From NCBI GenBank assembly GCA_018003035.1, contig JAGNEX010000002.1:67895-131894 (forward strand): DNA of 64,000 nucleotides. Direction: 5' to 3'. Under the pieces are notes generated by a model, which saw nothing but the letters and a program-made list of their open reading frames with translations, was not told where the DNA came from and did no database searches. This stretch comes from Acidimicrobiia bacterium. GTDB taxonomy: Bacteria; Actinomycetota; Acidimicrobiia; IMCC26256; JAGNEX01. Of the stretch, positions 56,321 through 64,000 are shown piece after piece. Both the position numbers and the translations under genes were made by a program. Numbering within the stretch: the first letter of the stretch is position 1; each line of letters opens with the position of its first letter.

Positions 56321-56823
56321 GACCAGCCCATCCCTTCGTCGACGGGCAGCATCTGTTGTGCTGCGGTTGCCGCGGCCCGGGCACGAGTGTCGGCGGCTTC
56401 GTTGAGCGAGTGACCGGCATGGCCACGGACCCACACAAACTTCACAGTGCGGCCCGCAAGTTCGCGGTCGATCGCAACGATTAGGTCTTTGTTGGCGACG
56501 GGAGTTCCCGCTGCCGTCTTCCATCCTCGGCGGCGCCAGTTGTGAATCCAGCTGGTCATCGCGTCGATTGCGTACTTCGAATCGGATTCGATCTGGAGAA
56601 TCGCTTCACGGGGGAGCGACCGGAGCGCTTCCAGTATCGCCTGCAGCTCCATCTGGTTGTTGGTGGTGGACCTGCTCGCACCCGCTCTCCAGTGGTGTTC
56701 GTCCACATACCACGCCCACCCGCCTGGGCCTGGGTTGCCTAGGCAGCTGCCGTCGGTAGCAACGACGACGCGCGGCGTGGGGTCACTTTCGTCGGGGGCG
56801 AAAAGTGCGTCTTGTGCGTTCAC
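56317..56823 (-). CDS. rnhA: Ribonuclease HI
   Basis: VVATDGSCLGNPGPGGWAWY, TNNQMELQAILEAL, and WVRGHAGHSLNEAADTRA. GTG start. Confidence 0.92.
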   Translation of the reverse strand: MNAQDALFAPDESDPTPRVVVATDGSCLGNPGPGGWAWYVDEHHWRAGASRSTTNNQMELQAILEALRSLPREAILQIESDSKYAIDAMTSWIHNWRRRGWKTAAGTPVANKDLIVAIDRELAGRTVKFVWVRGHAGHSLNEAADTRARAAATAAQQMLPVDEGMGWS

Positions 56824-56967
56824 ATTGCGATGGTACGTCGACGGTGAGGATCACCTCGCACGCCACTCATAACGCCGTCACCACCGCCCCGTCCCCCGGC
56901 GTTTGGCTCGTGCGGCGAACCAGCGGCGAGACTCGTTGACGTATCCGACACCTTTGAGAGGCGACAA

Positions 56968-57402
56968 ATGGACATCGAGATCGTCAGATTGGACCTGGGC
57001 CTTCCGGTGCCGGCTGCTCAACATCAAGGCGATGCGGGTATCGATCTGCACGCTCGAGAAGGAGCGGACCTGCCCTCTGGAGGCGGGCGGGTCCTGATCC
57101 CAACCGGACTTGCACTTGCGATCCCCGAAGGGTTTGCCGGCTTTGTCCAGCCTCGGTCCGGTCTGGCCCTCAAACATGGTGTGACCGTCCTCAACACGCC
57201 CGGATTGATCGACGCCGGGTACCGGGACGAACTGAAAGTGATTCTGATCAACACCGATCCCTCCCAGCCCTACACGGTGCAACGGGGTGATCGGATCGCT
57301 CAGTTGGTGATCCAGCGGGTGGAAGCGGTTTCGCTGGTGCTCGTCGACGTGCTCTCCGCAAGTACGCGTGACACCGGCGGTTTTGGGTCGACCGGTCGCT
57401 AA
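56968..57402 (+). CDS. dut: dUTP diphosphatase
   Basis: AGIDLHA, PRSGLALKHGVTVLNTPGLIDAGYRDE, GDRIAQLVIQ, and C-terminal RDTGGFGSTG. Confidence 0.95.
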   Translation: MDIEIVRLDLGLPVPAAQHQGDAGIDLHAREGADLPSGGGRVLIPTGLALAIPEGFAGFVQPRSGLALKHGVTVLNTPGLIDAGYRDELKVILINTDPSQPYTVQRGDRIAQLVIQRVEAVSLVLVDVLSASTRDTGGFGSTGR

Positions 57403-57503
57403 CTTCTTAGGCCTCGGGCTTTGGAGGTCCGAGAAATGTCCTCGAATGGATGGGCCCCCGTTCGGCCCGAGGCGTCCTGGATGCTACGATGTCCACCGCT
57501 TAC

Positions 57504-57579
57504 GCGGACGTGGCTCAGCTGGTAGAGCATCACCTTGCCAAGGTGAGGGTCGCGGGTTCGAATCCCGTCGTCCGCTCCA
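57504..57579 (+). tRNA. tRNA-Gly (anticodon GCC)
   Basis: Cloverleaf by eye: acceptor GCGGACG/CGTCCGC, D arm GCTC-AGCTGGTA-GAGC, anticodon stem TCACC/GGTGA with loop TTGCCAA, T arm GCGGG-TTCGAAT-CCCGT, discriminator T, and encoded CCA at 57577-57579. Confidence 0.93.
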
Positions 57580-57584
57580 ACAAA

Positions 57585-57613
57585 GACCTCTGCATCCGTG
57601 CAGGGGTCTTTTT
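57585..57613 (+). terminator. Canonical intrinsic terminator after tRNA-Gly
   Basis: GACCTCTGCA-tccg-TGCAGGGGTC (one G-U pair) followed by TTTTT. Confidence 0.85.
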
Positions 57614-57922
57614 CGTTTCCTCTTCTTCGGCTCGCGCCGTCAGTCCGGGCAGGCCTGTGAACCAGCCCAGTGGACCAGAAATGCGGAACTTTTACTGCGC
57701 CGGTACAAGTGGGTGCTTGTGGGCGCGTTGGGATCACGTCTCAGGGCGGTAAATGCCGCATGGGTGCCATCCGCGTGGCGTTTGATCTGGTCCGTCCAAT
57801 CTGCGCGCTGACCTGCGACGTTGCTGTTGGCAGCGATTGTGGTTTTGCGCGGCTTGCAGGCTTCAGCTTCTGTTAGCGTCGTCGCCGGTCAACCCCGACC
57901 GACCGCCTCACAAGGAGCCTTG

Positions 57923-58534
57923 ATGTCACTTCGTTTACGTGTTTGCGCTTTTGCCGCTGTCTTGGTGTTGGGTGTCGCAGCCTGCGGAGGGAGCGACGAC
58001 GATTCGGAAAGCAAGTCAAGCGACTCGGCGAGCGACCAAGCGTCGGATTCCGCCGACTCCTCCGGTGATGACTCGGGTTCGTCGAGTGACACGGGTGTGG
58101 AGGCAGATGTGGACGCGTGCGCTCTGTATTCGGTTGAGGACATGGCCAAGCAGATGGGCGCTGACGATGTCACGGCACAGATGAAGTACACGACTCCTCC
58201 GACGTGTGAGTACGTCTCAAAGGCCCACTACCTGACAGCCGAGCTGGCTGTGCTCGATGCCCAGATGATGGCTGCACAACCACGCGACCCTGCCGCTCTC
58301 TTGCCGGAAGGTTCCTTCACCGACGACAAGATGGACGTTTCGGGCATCGGTGATGAAGTGTTCGGATTCTCGTCGTTTTCGGGGGCCAACATCGCGGTCC
58401 GAACGGGTGAAACCGGTTACTCCCTCCTGATCACGAACGCCGGCGGCGGCGCTGACGCGGGCAATTGGAAAGACGCGCCAGCCATGGAAGCCTCGGCGAA
58501 GGCCATCATGACCGCGGTCGTGGATGGTAAGTAG
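57923..58534 (+). CDS. Hypothetical lipoprotein (DUF3558-like?)
   Basis: AAGGAG SD. MSLRLRVCAFAAVLVLGVAAC lipobox. Acidic Ser/Asp linker. The globular part has two Cys (DACALY, PPTCEY). The family guess is from memory. Confidence 0.7.
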   Translation: MSLRLRVCAFAAVLVLGVAACGGSDDDSESKSSDSASDQASDSADSSGDDSGSSSDTGVEADVDACALYSVEDMAKQMGADDVTAQMKYTTPPTCEYVSKAHYLTAELAVLDAQMMAAQPRDPAALLPEGSFTDDKMDVSGIGDEVFGFSSFSGANIAVRTGETGYSLLITNAGGGADAGNWKDAPAMEASAKAIMTAVVDGK

Positions 58535-58743
58535 CGAGCGCGGTTGAGGCGGTCTGTCCGTCTCAGCGAAGAAGAGATTGCTGCGCAGTGCACAAGGTGT
58601 CGGGGCTCCCTAGTGGGTGCCTCGGCACCTTGCCGTTGGGGCTGAATGCGGGCGGAAAGTCTGTGTGTCTGTCGGTTCTGACCTGAACCGGCCAATGCGC
58701 CGCGTCGGTGGCAGCGATTTGGGTTGTGGAATGCTTGCCGCCG

Positions 58744-60111
58744 ATGAGCACTACCGAGGATTCTGCAACCGGCGACGACCGACCAGCGGTCCTGATGGAC
58801 GAACCAGCCAATCCGCGGTCTGGACGGCGACAGCTGCTGCTAGTCGCGTTGATCTTGACCGCACCCACCCTGTTCGTCTTGATCACCATGGTGACGATCG
58901 GTGCTCCCAAAGATCCCTTCGCCAGGTCCGCGTTTGACGACGGCGTGGACGGTTCATTCTTCGTGGTTGGCGACGATCTGGTGGCGCTGAAAGGCGACGA
59001 CCGAACCATCTGGAAGGATGCAGCGAAAGGCGTCTCCGACTTCCGGCCCGACGTCCATGCGGACGGATGGTGGGCCGTCAAGCCCTCAGCTGATACCGAG
59101 TCGATCACGATGCGCCTGTACGTGGCGGGGCAAGATAAACCCGAGCGAGTGTTGGAACGCCCGAACAGCGGTCGCCTCGAGGTCGTCCAGGATGTGGTGT
59201 TTGTCAGCGGTCCTGGCGATGGCACGATCGTCCGCCACGAGCTGTTGACCGATCTCGGGGATCAGGACTTAGAAATCACCGAGGATCAACGCTGGTTCGA
59301 CATCGGGATCTTGGATGGAGCTGTCTGGGTCCTTGACCAGGACGAACCGTTCATGGCTCGGACCGAAGCATTTTCTAACAACATCACGCGAACAGCGTCG
59401 TTTACGGCACTCGTCGACCCGGTGTGGGACCTCGGTTTCAACTCGGCGTGGGTGGTCGAGTCCGGTGGCAATCTGATCACCAGGCTTGATATCAACACCA
59501 ACAAGCGCCTGGACATCGATATGGAGACCGCCACTCCCGTCACCCTCGTGCTGTCAACCGAACGGTATGTCTGGGTGATCTTCGACGACGGCACGTCGTT
59601 AGTTGTCGATCCCGAGTCAAACGATGTGGCTGCCCGCTTCAACGCTTCACCGCTGGAGGGCGTTTCCATTGGCGATCCCTTTGACCGTGAGGTGCTGCGC
59701 CGGCAGTTCGACTGGGACGGTGCTTGGGGGCTTTCACCGAAGGGCGACTTAGTCAGGTTCGACGTGGGGTCGGCTGGCGCTCAGGATTCGGAGGCCGCGG
59801 CGCCAAAGGTCGTCGTCCCCGGCCCATTCGAACAGTTGATCGCCGACGAGGGGGCGGTCTGGGCGTACGGGGGCGACAAGCTGGCCGGTGTCAAGGGGGA
59901 CACGTCATACTCGGCGGCTGCGCCCGCCGACGCCGTTATGACGGCGGATGACCGTGCGCTGTGGTTCTCGTCGCCGAAGGGTGTCTTTCGCCTCGAAGTG
60001 AAAAACCCCGACGACGGGGTCAAACCGGTCCGAATCATCGGCGCCGATACCGATCAGCGGCTCGGAGCGACGCAGTTGGTCGGCTACGCGCCGACGATTC
60101 CCGTCGACTGA
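58744..60111 (+). CDS. N-terminally membrane-anchored protein with beta-propeller-like repeats
   Basis: TM LLLVALILTAPTLFVLITMVTIG. Recurrent blades of about 40-50 aa with a conserved Trp (GAVWVLD, SAWVVESGGNLITRLD, YVWVIFDDGTSLVVD, GAWGLSPKGDLVRFD, GAVWAYGGDKL, ALWFSSPKGVFRLE). Start is ATG 58744 or GTG 58708. Confidence 0.65.
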   Translation: MSTTEDSATGDDRPAVLMDEPANPRSGRRQLLLVALILTAPTLFVLITMVTIGAPKDPFARSAFDDGVDGSFFVVGDDLVALKGDDRTIWKDAAKGVSDFRPDVHADGWWAVKPSADTESITMRLYVAGQDKPERVLERPNSGRLEVVQDVVFVSGPGDGTIVRHELLTDLGDQDLEITEDQRWFDIGILDGAVWVLDQDEPFMARTEAFSNNITRTASFTALVDPVWDLGFNSAWVVESGGNLITRLDINTNKRLDIDMETATPVTLVLSTERYVWVIFDDGTSLVVDPESNDVAARFNASPLEGVSIGDPFDREVLRRQFDWDGAWGLSPKGDLVRFDVGSAGAQDSEAAAPKVVVPGPFEQLIADEGAVWAYGGDKLAGVKGDTSYSAAAPADAVMTADDRALWFSSPKGVFRLEVKNPDDGVKPVRIIGADTDQRLGATQLVGYAPTIPVD

Positions 60112-60194
60112 GCAGAGACCGACCGAAGTTCATACAAGCGGCGGGCGTCGCGGTGGATAGGATGGGCGGCCCTGGCGGTTAGCCAGCGAAAAGT

Positions 60195-60269
60195 GGCGGT
60201 GTGGTCGAGTGGCTTAGGCAACGGCCTGCAAAGCCGTGTACACCGGTTCGATTCCGGTCACCGCCTCCA
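60195..60269 (+). tRNA. tRNA-Cys (anticodon GCA)
   Basis: Acceptor GGCGGTG/CACCGCC, anticodon stem ACGGC/GCCGT with loop CTGCAAA, T arm ACCGG-TTCGATT-CCGGT, discriminator T, and encoded CCA at 60267-60269. Confidence 0.9.
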
Positions 60270-60280
60270 CGACAAGCTCA

Positions 60281-60320
60281 AATGCGGGACACCCAACGGG
60301 CGTCCCGCATTTGTCGTTTG
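60281..60320 (+). terminator. Intrinsic terminator after tRNA-Cys
   Basis: AATGCGGGAC, 11-nt loop, GTCCCGCATT, then a T-rich tail TGTCGTTTGGGTTT. Confidence 0.8.
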
Positions 60321-60553
60321 GGTTTGGCCGGCTCATTCGGGATGCCGCCGCCGGGGGTAAGCGGCCGGGTCGCCGAAACTGCTGATACCAATGTCGAGCG
60401 TGGGACGAGTCACTCCATGGCCGCTCAGCGAGGTAGGACAGCACACAGAGAGACCGGTTCATGTTGCGCGAAGCACTCTCTGCGGGCTGCTGTCGACTTT
60501 TGGGGCAGGGGCCCTGGCGGGCGGTCCGCTCAGGCAATAGTTTTCTTGCCTAC

Positions 60554-60692
60554 GGGACATGCCCCGATAGGGAGGGTGTCATATAGTCCCGGGACGGCAA
60601 CCGCTTAGAGTGGTTGTTGTTTGAGGGGACTAACGGGACGCCGGGTTGTCAGCGCAGGGCCGCCGACCACCTGCATAGGGACTATCGGGGAC
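60554..60692 (+). repeat. Cluster of six GGGAC pentamers plus the palindrome GTCCCGGGAC upstream of the HExxH protein gene
   Basis: GGGAC at 60554, 60591, 60626, 60635, 60678 and 60688. Two pairs are spaced 9-10 nt apart. The palindrome GTCCCGGGAC spans 60586-60595. Confidence 0.6.
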
Positions 60693-60694
60693 AA

Positions 60695-61894
60695 ATGGGT
60701 ATCGATGGCCGCCGATTTCGGCGCCTTCCGGGCACTATTCTGATAATTGCAGTCTTTCTAAGTGTGTTTGCGGGTTTGTCGGTCGCTGATGGATCGGCCG
60801 AGGAGCTGGCGCGAGTGGATACCGCGCCGACCGCTGAAAGTGGCATCTTGCTTTGGGGTCAGCCCTCGGAGCTTGTGCCTGGGCTAGGCGGCTTTCCACA
60901 CGCTGCTGGCGTTCCGCCGCTGGACGGGGATGCCGAACCGGTTCGAGTCATGCTCCGTTCGGCCGTCTCTGAGCGCCTATCCGGCCTTCGCTATGTCCAA
61001 GCGCACGCCGTGACAGCGACAGCTGGGTGGCCGGCCGACTGGGTTTCTGCAATCAAGGACCAGTTGGCTGATTTCGCTGCTGGCGGAGCAAGCGATGCAG
61101 CGGCGGGCGATTCTGAAACGTCTTCGACGTCAGCACAAGAGGAATCGTCGTCCAAAGGTGGTACCTGGCCGGACGCGTCGGCGAGCTCTAACGCATCTTC
61201 CACCCAAACGTCGGCTGCAGGTTTGGCCGGCGCTGGGAGTATTGCCGATCCGCAAGAGACCGATGACGGACCTGGCGGAGCCGCTACAAAGGACTCCGCC
61301 GCTGAACGTTTTGTGGTCCCGGTCACTTCTGCTCCCGCCACCACGCCCGTACCAACCACCTCGGTGACGGCGCCGCCGACAACAACAGCTCCGGCAACTG
61401 CGCCGCCGGTTTTGCCGGCCGCCGTCCCGGCTGGCCGAACAGGCTTGACAGCCAATGAAGTCGTCGACCAGGCGCTTGGGATGATCAACTATCCGTGGCA
61501 GAACCTCGGTATTCGGATCGAGGTCCACGGACCTAACCCGGCCCTCGCCGGCGAGGCGTTCACCGACCGGATCGACGTGTACGTATCGCCCGATCAGTCG
61601 GTTGCGGACGTTGCGTGGATCATCGCTCATGAACTGGGCCATGTTGTCGACTACCAGTACAACGACACGGTCCGACGAGCTGAGTATCTTGCGATGCGCG
61701 GAGTGGGCGGCGTTCCTGCGGACTATCAATCCTGGACGGGTGGGGGGCCGGGGACCACCCGGGCGGCTGCGTCGGAAGACTACGCCGACGTCTTTGCCGT
61801 CTACCTGATGGGGAATCTGAACTGGACCTCTAACTTGGCGGGGGCTCCGTCCCAAGGTGAAGCGCAGGCATTCTCCCGTTTCTTTTGGCCCTAA
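60695..61894 (+). CDS. Secreted hypothetical protein with C-terminal HExxH zincin-like domain
   Basis: From ATG 60695: MGIDGRRFRRLPGTILIIAVFLSVFAGLSVA (Arg-rich n-region, possibly Tat-like). Long S/T/A/P linker. C-terminal WIIAHELGHVVDYQYN plus downstream SEDYADVFAVYL. Confidence 0.6.
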   Translation: MGIDGRRFRRLPGTILIIAVFLSVFAGLSVADGSAEELARVDTAPTAESGILLWGQPSELVPGLGGFPHAAGVPPLDGDAEPVRVMLRSAVSERLSGLRYVQAHAVTATAGWPADWVSAIKDQLADFAAGGASDAAAGDSETSSTSAQEESSSKGGTWPDASASSNASSTQTSAAGLAGAGSIADPQETDDGPGGAATKDSAAERFVVPVTSAPATTPVPTTSVTAPPTTTAPATAPPVLPAAVPAGRTGLTANEVVDQALGMINYPWQNLGIRIEVHGPNPALAGEAFTDRIDVYVSPDQSVADVAWIIAHELGHVVDYQYNDTVRRAEYLAMRGVGGVPADYQSWTGGGPGTTRAAASEDYADVFAVYLMGNLNWTSNLAGAPSQGEAQAFSRFFWP

Positions 61895-61932
61895 ACCGGA
61901 AAGCCAGAGCGCCGCGGGGCGAGACGCGGGCC

Positions 61933-62346
61933 TTAGTTTTCTTCGTCCAGAAGTGACTGCAGCTCAGCGATGCGAGCCATCGCGACGGCCAGGTCTTCGC
62001 CAGCCTGTTGGCCGGCCTGGGCACGAAGGTCGATCAGCTCTGCCTGAAGCGAAGCGATGCGCTGCTGCATCCGGGTGATCTGGTCGCCACGGAACTCATA
62101 GCCGACCCGGAGTGTGTCGACAGCTTCCATCTCTTGAGCGAGGCTGCGTTCCGCCCAACCGATGGGCGACAGCGACTCTTGTGCTTTGCTGAGTTGCTGG
62201 CGGACGGCTTGAAGTCGTTGGTGCGCGGCCGCAAGGGTATCTGAGGCGACGGAGTCGCTGGATTGTGAGCCAGGCGTGTTCGGGTACATCTCGACCGTTC
62301 TGCTCGCTGCGATAACCACGTGACCCACCTTTGCCGTACACGACAC
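61933..62346 (-). CDS. Small coiled-coil hypothetical protein
   Basis: Heptad-rich sequence (AAAHQRLQAVRQQLSKAQESL; ITRMQQRIASLQAELIDLRAQAGQQ; MARIAELQSLLDEEN). Start is GTG 62346 or ATG 62289. Confidence 0.5.
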   Translation of the reverse strand: MSCTAKVGHVVIAASRTVEMYPNTPGSQSSDSVASDTLAAAHQRLQAVRQQLSKAQESLSPIGWAERSLAQEMEAVDTLRVGYEFRGDQITRMQQRIASLQAELIDLRAQAGQQAGEDLAVAMARIAELQSLLDEEN

Positions 62347-62670
62347 ACCGCGCCGTGTTTGTACACCTAGAGACGGTTGAGGTGGTGCCTCCGTCGCGCT
62401 CTTATCCAGTTATTGAAGTCGCAACGATCTCTGCGTGGTTTCGCTGCTTCGCGGCGTGGGATCTCGGCACAGTCGGACTCCTGGACGTGAGTCCGGGACT
62501 CGAATGAGGTCGAGGGCCAATGAGTCCAGGAGGGAATGAGTTCGCGGCCGATCGTCGCCTCCCGATACTTCCGTGCTCTGCGGCGGAGAAGCGCTTTGGT
62601 TGAAGGGGGCGCCCTCGCAGTGCAGCGCGGGAGCCCCATCTGGCGGAGTGTCCTCGCGTGTCGGGCGCGC

Positions 62671-62714
62671 AAAGGGGAGGGGCCCGGACCTTTCGGCCCA
62701 GACCCCTCCCCTTT
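62671..62714. terminator. Perfect 12-bp hairpin downstream of the LAFTG-protein gene
   Basis: AAAGGGGAGGGG (62671-62682), 20 nt, CCCCTCCCCTTT (62703-62714). Lies 45 nt beyond the stop at 62759 on the minus strand. Confidence 0.55.
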
Positions 62715-62758
62715 GGTCGTGCATTGGCGCCTCGGTAGCGCCTTGTATTTGGTGCCGC

Positions 62759-63817
62759 TTAGCGCTTGGTCCCTGGGCGGATCGCACGGCTCATCGCCGT
62801 ACCGATGAGAAGGGTGCCCAGACCGAGAAGGATCAATGGAAGGGTCGAGACGCCGCCACCCGTGAAGGCCAAACGGCCAGGTTGGTTGACAGCCGGCAAG
62901 GTTGACGCTGTCTGGTAGGTGCTACCCGTCATGTCGCGGTCGTAGCCGTCACGGTGCCCACCGGGGCCAGTGCTGGTGCTCGAGGACGAGGAGGAAGAAG
63001 ATGACGAGGTGTCGGTGCTCGTGGTCGTCGTCGAGGCCACCGGGGTGTTGGTGAACATCAACCACTTCTCTTCGTTCTCTTCCTTGAACTGGTAGGTCAG
63101 CGGGTTGTCGCCTTCGACGGCCCAGCCATCCTTGGGAAGTTCGGTGACGGTGTACTGGCAGTTGGCGCCAGCTTCGGTCTCAACCCAGACGGGGATGTTG
63201 ATGCTCTGGTCGCCGTACAGGGTGAAGTTCTCGATCGTCGGGCAACCGGCGATCGATTCGACCTTGAACTCGAACGGAGTGCTCGGCTGGTTCGCCGTGG
63301 CGGGCTTGATCATCTTGGTGACTTCGAGGATGCCGCACTGCTCGCTTGGGTAGTGGTAGATCCGGATGAAGATTTCACCGTCGTCTGCTGGGGTGTAGGA
63401 CGTGTCCTCGTCGAGAGGATCGGTGCCCTGGTTGTCTTCGCCCTCGAGGGTCGTCCAACAGAAGTTGTCGTCAGGCGTGATGGTGTACTTGCACTTGTTG
63501 TCTTCGTCGTCGAGGACGGGGACATCCATGGTGCTGGAAGCTCGAGACGAACCGTTCTCGGTGATCTCAATTTCGACCTTGACGGGGTCGTCGAGGCAGT
63601 CGATCAGGCCAGGAGCGTTGTCCACCGTATAGGTGAAGATCTCCTTGCCGTTGATGTAGTCGTGCCAATCGACATCGTTAGGGCCAGCAATCACTACCTC
63701 TTCGATAGTGAAGGCCTCTGTGTCTTCAGTTTGAGCGCCAGCCGCCACTGGCAACATCATCAAAACGATGGCTGCAATCGCCACAGCCACCGGCAAACTC
63801 CGCACACGTACGAGCAC
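62759..63817 (-). CDS. Cell-wall sorted surface protein with LAFTG (class E sortase-type) signal
   Basis: C-terminus LAFTGGG plus hydrophobic STLPLILLGLGTLLIGTAM plus basic SRAIRPGTKR. Poly-Ser/Thr stalk. Central TVTELPKDGWAVEG prealbumin/Cna-B-like motif. Cys-rich acidic N-domain. Start preferred at GTG 63817 (GGGAGG 9 nt upstream); the ORF track gives ATG 63838. Confidence 0.8.
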   Translation of the reverse strand: MLVRVRSLPVAVAIAAIVLMMLPVAAGAQTEDTEAFTIEEVVIAGPNDVDWHDYINGKEIFTYTVDNAPGLIDCLDDPVKVEIEITENGSSRASSTMDVPVLDDEDNKCKYTITPDDNFCWTTLEGEDNQGTDPLDEDTSYTPADDGEIFIRIYHYPSEQCGILEVTKMIKPATANQPSTPFEFKVESIAGCPTIENFTLYGDQSINIPVWVETEAGANCQYTVTELPKDGWAVEGDNPLTYQFKEENEEKWLMFTNTPVASTTTTSTDTSSSSSSSSSSTSTGPGGHRDGYDRDMTGSTYQTASTLPAVNQPGRLAFTGGGVSTLPLILLGLGTLLIGTAMSRAIRPGTKR

Positions 63818-63838
63818 GATGAAATTCCTCCCGATCAT

Positions 63839-63866
63839 CGCTCATGAATCCACCGCTCATGAATCC
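63839..63866. repeat. 13-nt tandem direct repeat (15-nt period) immediately upstream of the LAFTG-protein gene
   Basis: CGCTCATGAATCC at 63839-63851 and again at 63854-63866. Confidence 0.85.
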
Positions 63867-64000
63867 GGCAAGCATAGCGGTTGACCTCGCGCAGCGCATC
63901 CTGTGAATTTATGTGGGAGTTGACTACTCAGTTCAGGGCTTGTGCACCAGTGTCGCTCCGTCTGTTGGTCTTCTCGATCTTTGGGTCCGTCAGCGCAGCT

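Noticed and set aside
57504-64000. Integrated mobile element at the tRNA genes
   Set aside because: No integrase, excisionase, transposase or phage genes, and no duplicate of either tRNA 3' end seen downstream. Only weak compositional hints. Kept as a low-interest finding and not called a mobile element.
1-64000. CRISPR arrays, rRNA genes, toxin-antitoxin pairs, known defence systems
   Set aside because: No regularly spaced repeats, no rRNA-like sequence, and no small adjacent gene pairs or nuclease/helicase/methylase combinations were seen on either strand.

Overview
High-GC (about 56-62% in hand-counted samples) actinobacterial-type chromosome segment. The first 45 kb is almost all housekeeping on the + strand. 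It holds infB-rbfA-nrnA-truB-ribF, rpsO-pnp, an M16 peptidase and dapB. Next come a six-gene Liv-type ABC uptake operon with an embedded acyl-CoA ligase, a decayed VWA-domain gene, and two tandem TetR paralogs with an AurF-like di-iron protein. These are followed by rnj, ftsK, rimO, pgsA, cinA, recA, miaB-miaA, dapF-hflX, dapC-dapD-dapE, lexA and nrdJ. The last 19 kb is mixed-strand and more accessory. It holds a YgjP-like peptidase, mscL, a compact Pel/GAG-like exopolysaccharide locus (deacetylase-like lipoprotein, DUF3492 glycosyltransferase, 12-TM protein, divergent GH114 lipoprotein), a DUF3097-like gene, ctaA-rnhA and dut. It also holds tRNA-Gly(GCC) and tRNA-Cys(GCA) bracketing two envelope genes, plus several secreted or anchored hypothetical proteins, one with an LAFTG sortase signal. 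I saw no rRNA, CRISPR array, transposase, integrase, phage or recognisable defence genes. The best candidates for something new are four. (1) The Pel/GAG-like locus lacks PelD/PelE. (2) A small membrane protein behind a perfect GAAC-N4-GTTC SOS box sits divergent from lexA and directly upstream of nrdJ, where Streptomyces has nrdR. (3) The ABC importer has an in-operon CoA ligase. (4) PNPase carries a 119-aa RSD/RGG tail. All family assignments come from motif reading by eye; no searches or folding programs were run. Many start codons are my choice among alternatives.
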